This document shows positions 8,014 through 17,251 of a stretch of DNA of 32,948 bases, piece after piece. The notes below the pieces were generated by a model. The model saw only the letters and a list, made by a program, of their open reading frames with translations, was not told where the DNA came from and did no database searches. Positions within the stretch are counted from its first letter, which is position 1; each line of letters starts with the position of its first letter. The DNA comes from Candidatus Liptonbacteria bacterium CG11_big_fil_rev_8_21_14_0_20_35_14 (lineage in GTDB: Bacteria > Patescibacteriota > Minisyncoccia > UBA6257 > XYB1-36-10): the NCBI GenBank assembly GCA_002796205.1, contig PCWO01000050.1:3090-36037 (forward strand), in the 5' to 3' direction. The position numbers were made by a program, and so were the translations under genes.

Positions 8014-9456
8014 ATGATGTTAAAAAAAGTAATACAAAATAATCCTCAAGGAATAGTTTTTAGAGCGCTAGAATTTACAAAAAAGACTCACGTGGGACAG
8101 ACTAGAAAAACTGGGGAACCTTATTATATACACCTGGAAGCGGTGGCCGAAACACTACTAGAATGGAATATGGATGAGGCCTGCATAGTAGCAGGTTTAC
8201 TACACGATGTTTTAGAGGACACAGAAACGACTTACGAGATGCTTAAAAAAGAATTTTCAATTGAGGTAGCTGACTTAGTTAATCAGGTAACAAAATTTGG
8301 CATTGTTAAATATAGAGGAGTTGAGGCGCAAGCCGAATTACTGCGCAAAATGATGTTATCTTTAGCCAAAGATGTGCGCGTGGTTTTGATAAAGTTTGCC
8401 GATAGATTACATAATATGAAAACATTAGGGGCTCTACCTCCTCAAAAACAAAAAAGAATTGCGCTGGAAACGGCTGAAATATATGCCCCACTGGCCTATC
8501 GACTCGGAATGCATAGATTATCGGGAACTTTTGAGGATTTAGCTTTTCCTTTTATACAACCGAAAGAATATAAGAAACTTTTAAAAGCAGTGGGTCAAAA
8601 ATATGGCGAGAGAGAGGCATATCTTGAGAGAGTAAAACCTGTGCTATATGAGGCGTTGGCAAAAAATAATATTGAGGCAGTTGACATAACTTTCAGAGCT
8701 AAAAGACTTTTTAGTTTGTATAAAAAATTATATAAGTATGATATGGATTTAGATCGTATTTATGATTTAGTGGCTTTTAGAATTGTTGTAAAAAATATTG
8801 AGGATTGTTACGCCGTGCTGGGAATTGTTCATAGTTTATGGAAACCATTACCGGGCAGAATAAAGGATTATATAGCGATGGCCAAACCAAATGGATATCA
8901 AAGTTTACACACCACTGTTTTTTGCTTGGATAATAAAATAACCGAATTTCAAATAAGAACAGACAATATGCATACCCAGGCCGAAAATGGCATCGCGGCT
9001 CATTGGCTTTATAAGACACAGCCAAACAGAAGACAGGATATAAATGAATTAATAAAAGAATCGGAGTGGGTGTCTAGAGTCAAAGAGTTTAATGAAAACG
9101 AAAAAGCCGAAAATTTTATTGAGATATTAAAGACGGACTCATTTTTAAATAGAATTTATGTGGTCACCCCGCAAGGAGAGGTGCGGGATTTACCATATGG
9201 CTCAACGCCAATTGATTTTGCCTACAGAATACATAGCGATTTAGGCAATGAGGCAGTGCGGGCGCGAGTCAATGGAAAAATAGTGCCTTTAAATTATTGT
9301 TTAGAATCGGGAGATATAGTTGAGATAATGCGCCAAAAAGGAAAATTACCGAGCGAGGATTGGCTTCTATTTATTAAAACACACTCAGCCAAAGACCATA
9401 TTCGTCAGACACTAAATAAAAAAGGTAAGCGGTTAAAAAATAGAGTTAGAGGTTAG
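8014..9456 (+). CDS. rel: RelA/SpoT-homolog (p)ppGpp synthetase/hydrolase, short form (HD + synthetase + TGS only)
   Basis: HD hydrolase motif (HLEAV...GLLHDVLEDT), synthetase domain (YDLVAFRIVV, GYQSLHTTV, EFQIRT) and TGS domain (VVTPQGEVRDLPYGSTPIDFAYRIH). At 480 aa it lacks the C-terminal regulatory domains of long RSHs. Confidence 0.9.
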   Translation: MMLKKVIQNNPQGIVFRALEFTKKTHVGQTRKTGEPYYIHLEAVAETLLEWNMDEACIVAGLLHDVLEDTETTYEMLKKEFSIEVADLVNQVTKFGIVKYRGVEAQAELLRKMMLSLAKDVRVVLIKFADRLHNMKTLGALPPQKQKRIALETAEIYAPLAYRLGMHRLSGTFEDLAFPFIQPKEYKKLLKAVGQKYGEREAYLERVKPVLYEALAKNNIEAVDITFRAKRLFSLYKKLYKYDMDLDRIYDLVAFRIVVKNIEDCYAVLGIVHSLWKPLPGRIKDYIAMAKPNGYQSLHTTVFCLDNKITEFQIRTDNMHTQAENGIAAHWLYKTQPNRRQDINELIKESEWVSRVKEFNENEKAENFIEILKTDSFLNRIYVVTPQGEVRDLPYGSTPIDFAYRIHSDLGNEAVRARVNGKIVPLNYCLESGDIVEIMRQKGKLPSEDWLLFIKTHSAKDHIRQTLNKKGKRLKNRVRG

Positions 9457-10667
9457 ATATCGCCCTCGGGGATGACGCGATCAATGATGCCTTTAAGCTC
9501 GTCGGCGGAGTTGAAAGAAATAGTAATTCTACCGGTGTCGCCATTTTTTTCTACTTTAACTTTGGTGCCTAATAATTCGGATAATTTTTCGGCTAGATGT
9601 CTTAACTCTGGGTCATCGTTTTTAAAACGCTTAATAGCATTTTCGCGGGCGTTGGTGTTGGCTACTTTGTTGCGTAATTCCTTGACGGTTAAACCTTTGG
9701 TTATAAGTTCTTGAAAAAGATTTTGTTGAGTGTTTAAGTCGGGAACGGTTAATAATAACCGACCTTGGCTTTCGCTTATCTTGCCTTGAGAAATAGCTTC
9801 TTGAATATAGGTGGGAAGAGATAATAATCGCATAGTGTTAGCGACGACTTCCCTACTCTTGCCCATACGAGTAGCTATTTCTCTTTGAGTCATCCCATAA
9901 TCGTCTTGAAGTTGAGCAAAAGAACGAGCGGCTTCAATCGGGTTAAGATCTTCTCTTTGAATATTTTCAATAATAGCGAGCTCAAGTTTTTCTTTTTTAG
10001 GTTGGGCTTGTTTGATAATAGACGGGACTCTTTCTAGGCCGGCCAATTTAGCGGCTCGCAGTCTTCTTTCGCCAGCGATAAGTTCATATTCAACATCAGT
10101 GCCGTATGAAGTTTCTATAATTTTTTTAGAAACAATTAAAGGTTGAATAATACCGAATTCGGCAATAGAGGCTGATAATTCTTTTAAGGCTTCTGCGTCA
10201 AAATATCTACGAGGTTGATATGGGTTGGGTTTTATTTTTTCAACTTCTAATAAGAAAATATGGTCGCTAGGCTCACCTTTAGAAAAATTTTTTGAGATAG
10301 TTGGTTGTTCTTTTTTAGGAGTAAAGTCGGCTTTAACAAAATTAACCTGATAAGAAGGATTTTGATTGTCTATTGGCATATCGTTTACCGGATAAACAGG
10401 AACTTGAGGAGCTGGTTCCGGTATCTGTTCTTCCTGATACTCCTCCTCTTCTTCTTCGGGATAAACTTCGGTGTTTGGGGCTATGGGGGTGGGAATTTTT
10501 TTAGGAAAGCTAGGAATTTGGTTTTGAAAACTCTTAGGCGGCTCGGGATTAATATTAGGAAAATTAAAAACAGGCTCGCCTGCTTGGTTTATGTTTTCTT
10601 CATTAAGGTTTTCGTTAACCTGATGATTTTTATTGGGTATAAGTGAATTTAAGCCGTCTCCTAACAT
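9453..10667 (-). CDS. parB: Chromosome partitioning protein ParB/Spo0J with a long low-complexity N-terminal extension
   Basis: ParB box IAGERRLRAAKLAGLERVPSII and the HTH region. It sits directly downstream of parA. Confidence 0.92.
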   Translation of the reverse strand: MLGDGLNSLIPNKNHQVNENLNEENINQAGEPVFNFPNINPEPPKSFQNQIPSFPKKIPTPIAPNTEVYPEEEEEEYQEEQIPEPAPQVPVYPVNDMPIDNQNPSYQVNFVKADFTPKKEQPTISKNFSKGEPSDHIFLLEVEKIKPNPYQPRRYFDAEALKELSASIAEFGIIQPLIVSKKIIETSYGTDVEYELIAGERRLRAAKLAGLERVPSIIKQAQPKKEKLELAIIENIQREDLNPIEAARSFAQLQDDYGMTQREIATRMGKSREVVANTMRLLSLPTYIQEAISQGKISESQGRLLLTVPDLNTQQNLFQELITKGLTVKELRNKVANTNARENAIKRFKNDDPELRHLAEKLSELLGTKVKVEKNGDTGRITISFNSADELKGIIDRVIPEGDI

Positions 10668-10668
10668 A

Positions 10669-11451
10669 TTAAAAGTTTACGCTATATTGTTTTTCTTGGC
10701 TAATTATTTCTTTAGCCAGACGATTGTAGGCTAGGGCACCCGGCGAGGTATTATTATATAAAATAACCGGTTTACCAAAACTTGGACTCTCGGCTAGCGC
10801 GACCGACCGAGGGATTTCTGATTCAAATACATGGTGTCTAAAATTGCGTCTAATTTCTTTAGCGACCTCGCGGGATAACCTTTCTCTTTTGTCGTACATA
10901 GTAATAACAGCGCCGGCTATTTGTAAGGGATGACTTAAGTGCGACTGTATAAGATAAATTGTTTCCAGAAGTTGTGATAGACCCTCTAAACTATAGTATT
11001 CGGCTTGGACGGGTATTAAAACTTCGTCACTGGCGACCATACCATTAACTGTGAGTAGACTTAGGCTAGGCGGAAGGTCTATTAATATATAATCATATCT
11101 GTGCCTTAGGCGATGAAGAAATTTTCTTAAATAATATTCTCTTTCGGGAAGATTGACTAATTCAACCAGAGCACCGGATAAATGATTATTGGCGGGAATA
11201 AAATGAAAGTTTAAAACGCTTGAGCCTTTAATAACACTTTCCGGTTCAACTTTACCGACCAGGCCGTGGTAGATGCTAATATCCTCTAAATTGTGTCTAT
11301 GCCCCAAACCGGAACTGGCATTACCTTGCGGGTCAAAGTCTACTAATAAAACTCGCCTACCAAGCGAGGCTAAATAAGCGCCTAGATTAATAGCCGATGT
11401 TGTTTTACCTGTACCACCTTTTTGATTAATGATTGAGATAACGCGTGCCAT
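10669..11451 (-). CDS. parA: ParA/Soj family partitioning ATPase
   Basis: Deviant Walker A NQKGGTGKTTSAINL and VLLVDFDPQGN. It forms an operon with parB, with a 1-nt gap. Confidence 0.93.
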   Translation of the reverse strand: MARVISIINQKGGTGKTTSAINLGAYLASLGRRVLLVDFDPQGNASSGLGHRHNLEDISIYHGLVGKVEPESVIKGSSVLNFHFIPANNHLSGALVELVNLPEREYYLRKFLHRLRHRYDYILIDLPPSLSLLTVNGMVASDEVLIPVQAEYYSLEGLSQLLETIYLIQSHLSHPLQIAGAVITMYDKRERLSREVAKEIRRNFRHHVFESEIPRSVALAESPSFGKPVILYNNTSPGALAYNRLAKEIISQEKQYSVNF

Positions 11452-11519
11452 TGAATTGATTTTGTGTTTCTTTTTATATATTATAGCAGTTATAAAGATT
11501 TGTTAAAAGAATTTAATAA

Positions 11520-11602
11520 GCCCAGGTGGCGGAAATAGGTATACGCGCACGACTCAAAATCGTGTCCCGTAAGGGATGTGGGTTCAATTCCCACCCTGGG
11601 CA
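11520..11602 (+). tRNA. tRNA-Leu(CAA): tRNA-Leu (anticodon CAA), class II with long variable arm
   Basis: GCCCAGGTGGCGGAAATAGGTATACGCGCACGACTCAAAATCGTGTCCCGTAAGGGATGTGGGTTCAATTCCCACCCTGGGCA. The anticodon loop is CTCAAAA and the variable stem-loop is TCCCGTAAGGGAT. Confidence 0.92.
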
Positions 11603-11679
11603 CAATTGACTTTATTTTTAAAATGAGTATTATTAATTGATACCTATTTTAGGTTTCAGTATATTTTAATTTAAGGAGG

Positions 11680-11889
11680 ATGGTTATGGTGATGGTTGTA
11701 AATCTAGATAAAGGCATTGAGCCAGGAAATGCAATAGTGTGCGGTGGAAAAAGTATATATGGGAGCGATAAACCTATATGTATTTATAGACAAAAAAATG
11801 GTCGACGAAAGACATGTATAAATCAACAAGCCAAAACAGAAACTATCATAGATACAAATGAGTGTCTATATTATCAACCAAAAAAATAG
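11680..11889 (+). CDS. Small hypothetical protein with four Cys residues
   Basis: A strong SD (TAAGGAGG) lies immediately 5' of an ATG/GTG cluster; the true start is probably the 2nd or 3rd Met. A strong terminator follows. No homology recognised. Confidence 0.4.
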   Translation: MVMVMVVNLDKGIEPGNAIVCGGKSIYGSDKPICIYRQKNGRRKTCINQQAKTETIIDTNECLYYQPKK

Positions 11890-11895
11890 TAATAA

Positions 11896-11939
11896 AAACC
11901 CGGAAAGTTTTAACTGACTTTTACGGGTTTATTTTTTTT
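11896..11939. terminator. Bidirectional intrinsic terminator between convergent genes
   Basis: Long stem AAACCCGGAAAGT (11896-11908) / ACTTTTACGGGTTT (11917-11930). A T-run follows on the plus strand and TTTTTATT on the minus strand. It overlaps the stop codon of the PAP2 gene. Confidence 0.6.
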
Positions 11940-12450
11940 CGTAAATAATAAAAGGTTTGAGGGCTAAGGGAACTATAACACCAATTAATAAACTGATAAT
12001 TATATCCGATGGCCAACTAACGCCGGTAATGATTCTAGAGAGAGCGACTATTATAGTGATGGCTAAAAATATACTCCCCCATTTTTTATTAAAAATAAAT
12101 ATTGAAACTCCGAGGAGAGAAAGGATGGTTATATGGTCGGAGGGAAAAGTTGAGGTGTTAGCCGGTACAAGATTTTGAATATTATCTAATACTTCAAAAG
12201 GAGCTTGTCTTTTAAAAATGAATTTTAAGGCTTGGCTAATTATACCCCAACCAATGAAAATTGAACTTAATGATAAAAATATATAGAGGTAAGCATCTTT
12301 CCAAAACTTAAGGTGCAAAATAAATATAACAGCGGATATAATTAATATATGAGGAATAAATCTAGCACTAATAATAGACAGACCATCGATTAGCCAATGG
12401 ATACCTGAAAGACCATATATAAAATTTATAAGGTTAATTTCTAAAGACAT
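11929..12450 (-). CDS. PAP2-superfamily membrane protein (divergent phosphatase motifs)
   Basis: Polytopic membrane protein with PAP2-like motifs KRQAPF, FPSDH and SRIITGVSWPSD, in the canonical order and spacing. Confidence 0.65.
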   Translation of the reverse strand: MSLEINLINFIYGLSGIHWLIDGLSIISARFIPHILIISAVIFILHLKFWKDAYLYIFLSLSSIFIGWGIISQALKFIFKRQAPFEVLDNIQNLVPANTSTFPSDHITILSLLGVSIFIFNKKWGSIFLAITIIVALSRIITGVSWPSDIIISLLIGVIVPLALKPFIIYEKK

Positions 12451-12472
12451 GGGAAAAACTTTTAAAGAAAGT

Positions 12473-12673
12473 CTATCTATTTATAAATGGTAAAAGAGCC
12501 ATAAAACGAGAACGTTTAATGGATTGACTTAATAGTCTTTGGTGTTTAGAACAAATATTAGTATGTATTCTACTAATAATTTTTGCCTGACCTGATACAA
12601 AACGCTTTAGAGTTTCTGTATCTTTGTAGTCTATATTTTTAACGTTTTGTGAACAAAAATAACACTGTTTCAT
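12473..12673 (-). CDS. rpsR: 30S ribosomal protein S18
   Basis: CYFC...IDYKD...LKRFVSGQAKIISR...TNICSKHQR. Position in rpsF-ssb-rpsR. Confidence 0.92.
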   Translation of the reverse strand: MKQCYFCSQNVKNIDYKDTETLKRFVSGQAKIISRIHTNICSKHQRLLSQSIKRSRFMALLPFINR

Positions 12674-12675
12674 AA

Positions 12676-13188
12676 TTAAAATGGTAAATCTTCATCTTTA
12701 ATTGAATCGCTAACATCATCTAATTCAATAGTTGGGATATTTTTAGATGATGGCATATTAGCTTCCTCGTTAAAGGGGTTATCTATACTTTCATCTGAGG
12801 CGCTACTATTTGAATTTGAGTAATTGTTGGCAGTAGAGCTAAGAGGAGCTCCGGCTCCTTGGGGACGTGGGCCTAGTTGAAGACGTTCGGCGATTATTTC
12901 AGTGGTACGCCTGGTTTGACCTTGAGCATCTTGCCATGACCTTGTTTTAATACGACCTTCAATCATAACTAATGACCCCTTAACGAGATACTGTTTGGCA
13001 ACCTCGGCTTGTCTTCCCCAAACAACAATATTATGAAATTCTACCTCTTCTTTTTTTTGATTATTTTGATCACGCCAAAATCGATTAGTAGCGATACTAA
13101 ATGTAGCGACGGGGTTGCCCGATGGAGTACTCCTGACTTGTGGGTCGGCTGTAACTCTGCCTATAATTATAGCTTTATTAAGATTCAT
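12676..13188 (-). CDS. ssb: Single-stranded DNA-binding protein
   Basis: OB-fold N-terminus (MNLNKAIIIGRVTADPQVRSTPSGNPVATFSIATNR), a disordered linker and the acidic C-terminal tip DEDLPF. Confidence 0.95.
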   Translation of the reverse strand: MNLNKAIIIGRVTADPQVRSTPSGNPVATFSIATNRFWRDQNNQKKEEVEFHNIVVWGRQAEVAKQYLVKGSLVMIEGRIKTRSWQDAQGQTRRTTEIIAERLQLGPRPQGAGAPLSSTANNYSNSNSSASDESIDNPFNEEANMPSSKNIPTIELDDVSDSIKDEDLPF

Positions 13189-13628
13189 TATTTTAAAATT
13201 TCTTCTAATTTTTTTTCTAAAGCTTCATTACTTAAAACTTCTTTTCTAAGGTCGACTGTTTTGGGTTTGGCCTCTAATTTAATTTCTTTAATATTATCAG
13301 TGGTAGATTTTGGAATAACTTGTCTTACTTCTCTTGGTTTAATATCTTGATGTTTTATAATTATGAATCTTAAAACTTCTTTATTCAACTCAAGGGCGTT
13401 GTTTAGTTTAGCAATTGAATCTGCGTTTTCGGTTGATATATATAAAACAGAAAAAAAACCTTCGCTAAATTTATTAATTTTATAAGCAAGAGTTAAATGT
13501 TTAACTTCTTCTTCTTTATCAATTGAAAAACTAAAATCTTTAAGTATTTTAGGAATAGACAAACTAGCCTCACTTGAGATTGTAATGATGCCTAATTCAT
13601 ATTTTAATTTGTCATTTTCTATAGCCAT
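13188..13628 (-). CDS. rpsF: 30S ribosomal protein S6 with C-terminal extension
   Basis: S6 pattern KYELGIIT...LAYKINKFSEGFFSVLYI...EVLRFIIIK and position upstream of ssb-rpsR. I use the ATG at 13628 as the start; the track ORF starts at a TTG at 13667. Confidence 0.8.
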   Translation of the reverse strand: MAIENDKLKYELGIITISSEASLSIPKILKDFSFSIDKEEEVKHLTLAYKINKFSEGFFSVLYISTENADSIAKLNNALELNKEVLRFIIIKHQDIKPREVRQVIPKSTTDNIKEIKLEAKPKTVDLRKEVLSNEALEKKLEEILK

Positions 13629-13670
13629 ATTTTGCTGAACAATAGCATTCTTTGTTCTTTGGGTCAACCC

Positions 13671-16600
13671 CTAGGATTCATCGTCTAAATCATCGGCATA
13701 ATCATCTTCTGAAAAGCCCTCGGCGTGTTTTTTAAAACCGGTTCCAACCGGAATTAAACGCCCGATGATAACATTTTCTTTTAGACCTCTTAAGTAGTCT
13801 ACTTTTCCAACAACAGCGGCGTTGACTAAGCTTTTAGCTGTTTCTTGGAAGGAGGCAGCTGATAGGAATGAATCGGAAGAGAGAGAAACTTTAGTGATAC
13901 CCATTAATAACTGCTGTGATTTAGCCGGAGTGTTACCGGCTTTTTTAACTTTACGGTTAACTTCCATAAAGCGTGATTTATCTACTATATCACCCAATAA
14001 AAAGTCGGAATCGCCTGTTTCGGTTATTTTGACACGAGAAAACATTTGTCTGATAACACACTCAATATGTTTATTGTTAATCGGCGCACCTTCTATGCTA
14101 TAAATTTTTTGAATCTCGTTAATAATATAACGTTGCACTTCATGTGGTCCTTTATATTTAAGAAGCTCTTTAAGATCTATATGCCCTTCGGTTATTTGAT
14201 GGCCTTTTTCTATAATATCTCCAGCTTTAACAAATATTTTAATGGCCCGATGGACCGGATATTCAATAACTTTAGATTTTTTACCATCAGTCATTTTGAA
14301 AATAATAGTTCTAACTAAATCATCTTCTCTGATATCTTCTATTACCCCGTCACCTTCGGCAATTATAGCTTTGCCTTTGGGTGAACGAACCTCAAATAAC
14401 TCCTCAACCCGGGGAAGTCCATGGGTAATGTCGGCGCCGGCGCTGCCAAGAAGATGGAAGGTTCTTAAAGTAAGTTGGGTACCCGGCTCACCGATTGATT
14501 GAGCGGCAATAACGCCAACAGCCTCTCCAATTTCAACATCGCGACTATTAGCAAGATCTAACCCGTAACATTTAGAACAAATACCAAATAATGACTTACA
14601 GGTAATAGGAGATCTAACCGAGATTAAATCAAGGTTAGTGGCTTCAATATTTTCGGCCTCCTTGCGTCCGATTGGAGCGCCGGCTTTAACGATAACTTTG
14701 TGACCATCTTTTATATCAATAGCGGCGGTGCGACTATATAATCTAGAAGAAAATGTTTGCCCGAAAGTTTCACCATCTTTACGAATGATTTTAATACTGT
14801 CTTTGGTGCGACAATCTTTTTCACGAATAATAACGTCTTGAGAGACATCAACTAAACGACGAGTTAGGTAACCGGCTTGGGCAGTTTTTAAAGCAGTGTC
14901 GGTTAAACCTTTTCTTGAACCATGGGTGGAAATAAAATATTCAAGCACTTTAAATCCCTCTTTTAAAGAAGATTTAATTGGAAGCTCAATAGCATCACCT
15001 TTAGGCGAAGCCACCAGTCCTTTAATACCCATCATTTGGAGTGGTTGCATCCAAGAACCACGAGAACCGGAGTCAATAATGTAATAAACAGAACCAAATT
15101 CATCAATAGTACTCGGAATAACTTTAGCAATTTCTCCTTTCACTTTATTCCAAACAGCCATAGATTTTGTTTTCTTTTCAGCGACTGTCATCAGACCTTC
15201 TGATAGTTGGTCTTCAATACGCTCAATTTCTTTTTCAGCCTCAATCATAATAGCCTCTTTTTCTTTAGGAGTTATAAGGTCAGACATAGCCCAGGAAATA
15301 CCACTTTTAGTAGCGTATTTAAAACCAAGCATCTTCATTTCATCAATAACCTCGGCGGTTTTTTCAAAGCCGTATTCACTAGTTATGTCACTTATAATAT
15401 TAATAACATCTTTCTTTTTGAGAATCTTGTTAACTTTATGTCCTTTGGGAAGAATTTCGTTAAATATAACCCGTCCACATGAGGTTTCTTTATTCTTTGG
15501 AGAACCGATTTTGATCGGAGCGTTCAAGTTAATATAACCAAAATCCAGAGCCATCATAGCTTCATTATCACTAGAAAAAACAGAATTTTTTCCTTTGGCG
15601 TTGGGATTGATTTTAGTTAAATAGTATATACCTAAAATCATATCAAGAGTGGGGTGAACAACTGGTTCTCCGTTGGCTGGTAATAAAAGGTTGGCCGAGG
15701 AAAGCATTCTTTCTCTAGCTTCGGTTTGAGCCTCATCGCTTAAAGGTAAGTGAACAGCCATTTGGTCTCCGTCAAAGTCAGCGTTAAAAGCTTTACAAAC
15801 TAGCGGAGGAACTTGAATAGCTAAATTTTCTGTTAGCACAGGCTTAAAGGCCTGAACAGACATACGGTGAAGAGTCGGGGCACGATTAAGAAGAACTTTG
15901 CGATCGGCAATAACTTCTTCTAAGATAGACCAGACTTCGGGCGGAGTTTGCTCAATAAAACGATTAGCATTTCTAATATTGTGAGCTAATTCTCTTTCAA
16001 TTATTTTTGAGATAACGAAAGGCTTAAATAATTCAAGAGCCATTTTTTTGGGCAGTCCACACTCATGTAAATGTAGAGAGGGGCCAACCACAATAACTGA
16101 ACGGCCAGAGTAGTCTACGCGCTTGCCAAGTAAATTTTGACGAAAACGTCCTTGTTTACCTTTAAGCATATCGGAAAGTGATCTTAAAGGCCGACGGGAA
16201 GAGGACATTTGTTGAGTTGAACCGGTGCGAGCGGAATTATCTACTAAAGCGTCAACGGCTTCTTGAAGCATTCTTTTTTCGTTGGTCACAATAACTTCAG
16301 GGGCGCGAAGTTCCATTAACTTTTTAAGACGGTTATTGCGATTAATAACACGTCTGTAAAGATCATTTAAGTCACTAGTGGCGTAACGACCACCATCTAA
16401 CGGAACCATCGGTCTTAAATCTGGTGGCAGAACCGGTAAATAAGTCATAACCATCCACTCTGGTCTTAAATTATTTTTCTTCATAGCCGTCATTATTTTA
16501 AGGCGCTTTAAAAGTTTTATTTTTTTAGTAGCATCCCTTATACTCTCTAAATCTTTCTCAACCTTTTCTATTTCATCACTAAGATTTATATTGACTAATA

Positions 16601-17249
16601 TTTTTCTAATAGCGCTTCCACCGGTGCCAGCCTCAAAAACGTTACCAAATTTTCTAGCTAAGTCAAAATAAGCAACCTCTGAAATTACTTCGCCTATTCT
16701 TAATAATTCTAAATTTTCTTTAGTGTATTCGGCGGCTTCCTCTAAAGATTTGATTGATTCTTTATCTTGTCCGTCCTGGTTTTTTCTTTCTTTAAGTTCT
16801 TTATTGATATCTTCAATCGCTTTGGCTCGGTTGATTTCATCTATTTTAGTAACAATATAAGCGGCGTAGTAGACAACTTTTTCCAGTTTACTGGTTGAAA
16901 TATCTAGAATTAAACCAAGTTTTGAGGGAATGTTTTTAAAAAACCAAATATGACAAACGGGAGTGGCTAATTCAATATGACCCATACGTTCACGACGAAC
17001 AATAGCCCGAGTAACCTCAACACCACACTTATCACAAGTAACACCTTTATAACGAATGCGACGATATTTACCACAGTAACATTCATAATCTTTAGTTGGT
17101 CCAAATATTCTTTCAGAGAAAAGTCCATCTTTTTCCGGTCTTTGAGTACGGTAGTTAATTGTTTCCGGTTTTATGATTTCACCATGCGACCATTTTTTAA
17201 TGTCGTCTGGTGAGGCAATGGTTATTTTTAATGAGTCAAAGTATTTCAT
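13671..17249 (-). CDS. rpoC: DNA-directed RNA polymerase subunit beta-prime
   Basis: Zinc-binding CxCGKY...C.KCGVEV, the catalytic NADFDGDQMAVH motif and the bridge and trigger regions. 1192 aa. Confidence 0.98.
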   Translation of the reverse strand: MKYFDSLKITIASPDDIKKWSHGEIIKPETINYRTQRPEKDGLFSERIFGPTKDYECYCGKYRRIRYKGVTCDKCGVEVTRAIVRRERMGHIELATPVCHIWFFKNIPSKLGLILDISTSKLEKVVYYAAYIVTKIDEINRAKAIEDINKELKERKNQDGQDKESIKSLEEAAEYTKENLELLRIGEVISEVAYFDLARKFGNVFEAGTGGSAIRKILVNINLSDEIEKVEKDLESIRDATKKIKLLKRLKIMTAMKKNNLRPEWMVMTYLPVLPPDLRPMVPLDGGRYATSDLNDLYRRVINRNNRLKKLMELRAPEVIVTNEKRMLQEAVDALVDNSARTGSTQQMSSSRRPLRSLSDMLKGKQGRFRQNLLGKRVDYSGRSVIVVGPSLHLHECGLPKKMALELFKPFVISKIIERELAHNIRNANRFIEQTPPEVWSILEEVIADRKVLLNRAPTLHRMSVQAFKPVLTENLAIQVPPLVCKAFNADFDGDQMAVHLPLSDEAQTEARERMLSSANLLLPANGEPVVHPTLDMILGIYYLTKINPNAKGKNSVFSSDNEAMMALDFGYINLNAPIKIGSPKNKETSCGRVIFNEILPKGHKVNKILKKKDVINIISDITSEYGFEKTAEVIDEMKMLGFKYATKSGISWAMSDLITPKEKEAIMIEAEKEIERIEDQLSEGLMTVAEKKTKSMAVWNKVKGEIAKVIPSTIDEFGSVYYIIDSGSRGSWMQPLQMMGIKGLVASPKGDAIELPIKSSLKEGFKVLEYFISTHGSRKGLTDTALKTAQAGYLTRRLVDVSQDVIIREKDCRTKDSIKIIRKDGETFGQTFSSRLYSRTAAIDIKDGHKVIVKAGAPIGRKEAENIEATNLDLISVRSPITCKSLFGICSKCYGLDLANSRDVEIGEAVGVIAAQSIGEPGTQLTLRTFHLLGSAGADITHGLPRVEELFEVRSPKGKAIIAEGDGVIEDIREDDLVRTIIFKMTDGKKSKVIEYPVHRAIKIFVKAGDIIEKGHQITEGHIDLKELLKYKGPHEVQRYIINEIQKIYSIEGAPINNKHIECVIRQMFSRVKITETGDSDFLLGDIVDKSRFMEVNRKVKKAGNTPAKSQQLLMGITKVSLSSDSFLSAASFQETAKSLVNAAVVGKVDYLRGLKENVIIGRLIPVGTGFKKHAEGFSEDDYADDLDDES

Positions 17250-17251
17250 AT

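Noticed and set aside
6548-10646. Other shadow ORFs within topA, rel and parB (6548..6808, 6980..7240, 7589..7813, 8306..8491, 8777..9025, 9472..9714, 10305..10646)
   Set aside because: They are antisense or out of frame relative to well-supported genes.
11957-12178. Shadow ORFs in other confident genes (11957..12178, 13009..13350, 28156..28569, 29804..30010, 31451..31669, 32209..32427)
   Set aside because: Each is embedded antisense in a confidently assigned or better-supported gene.
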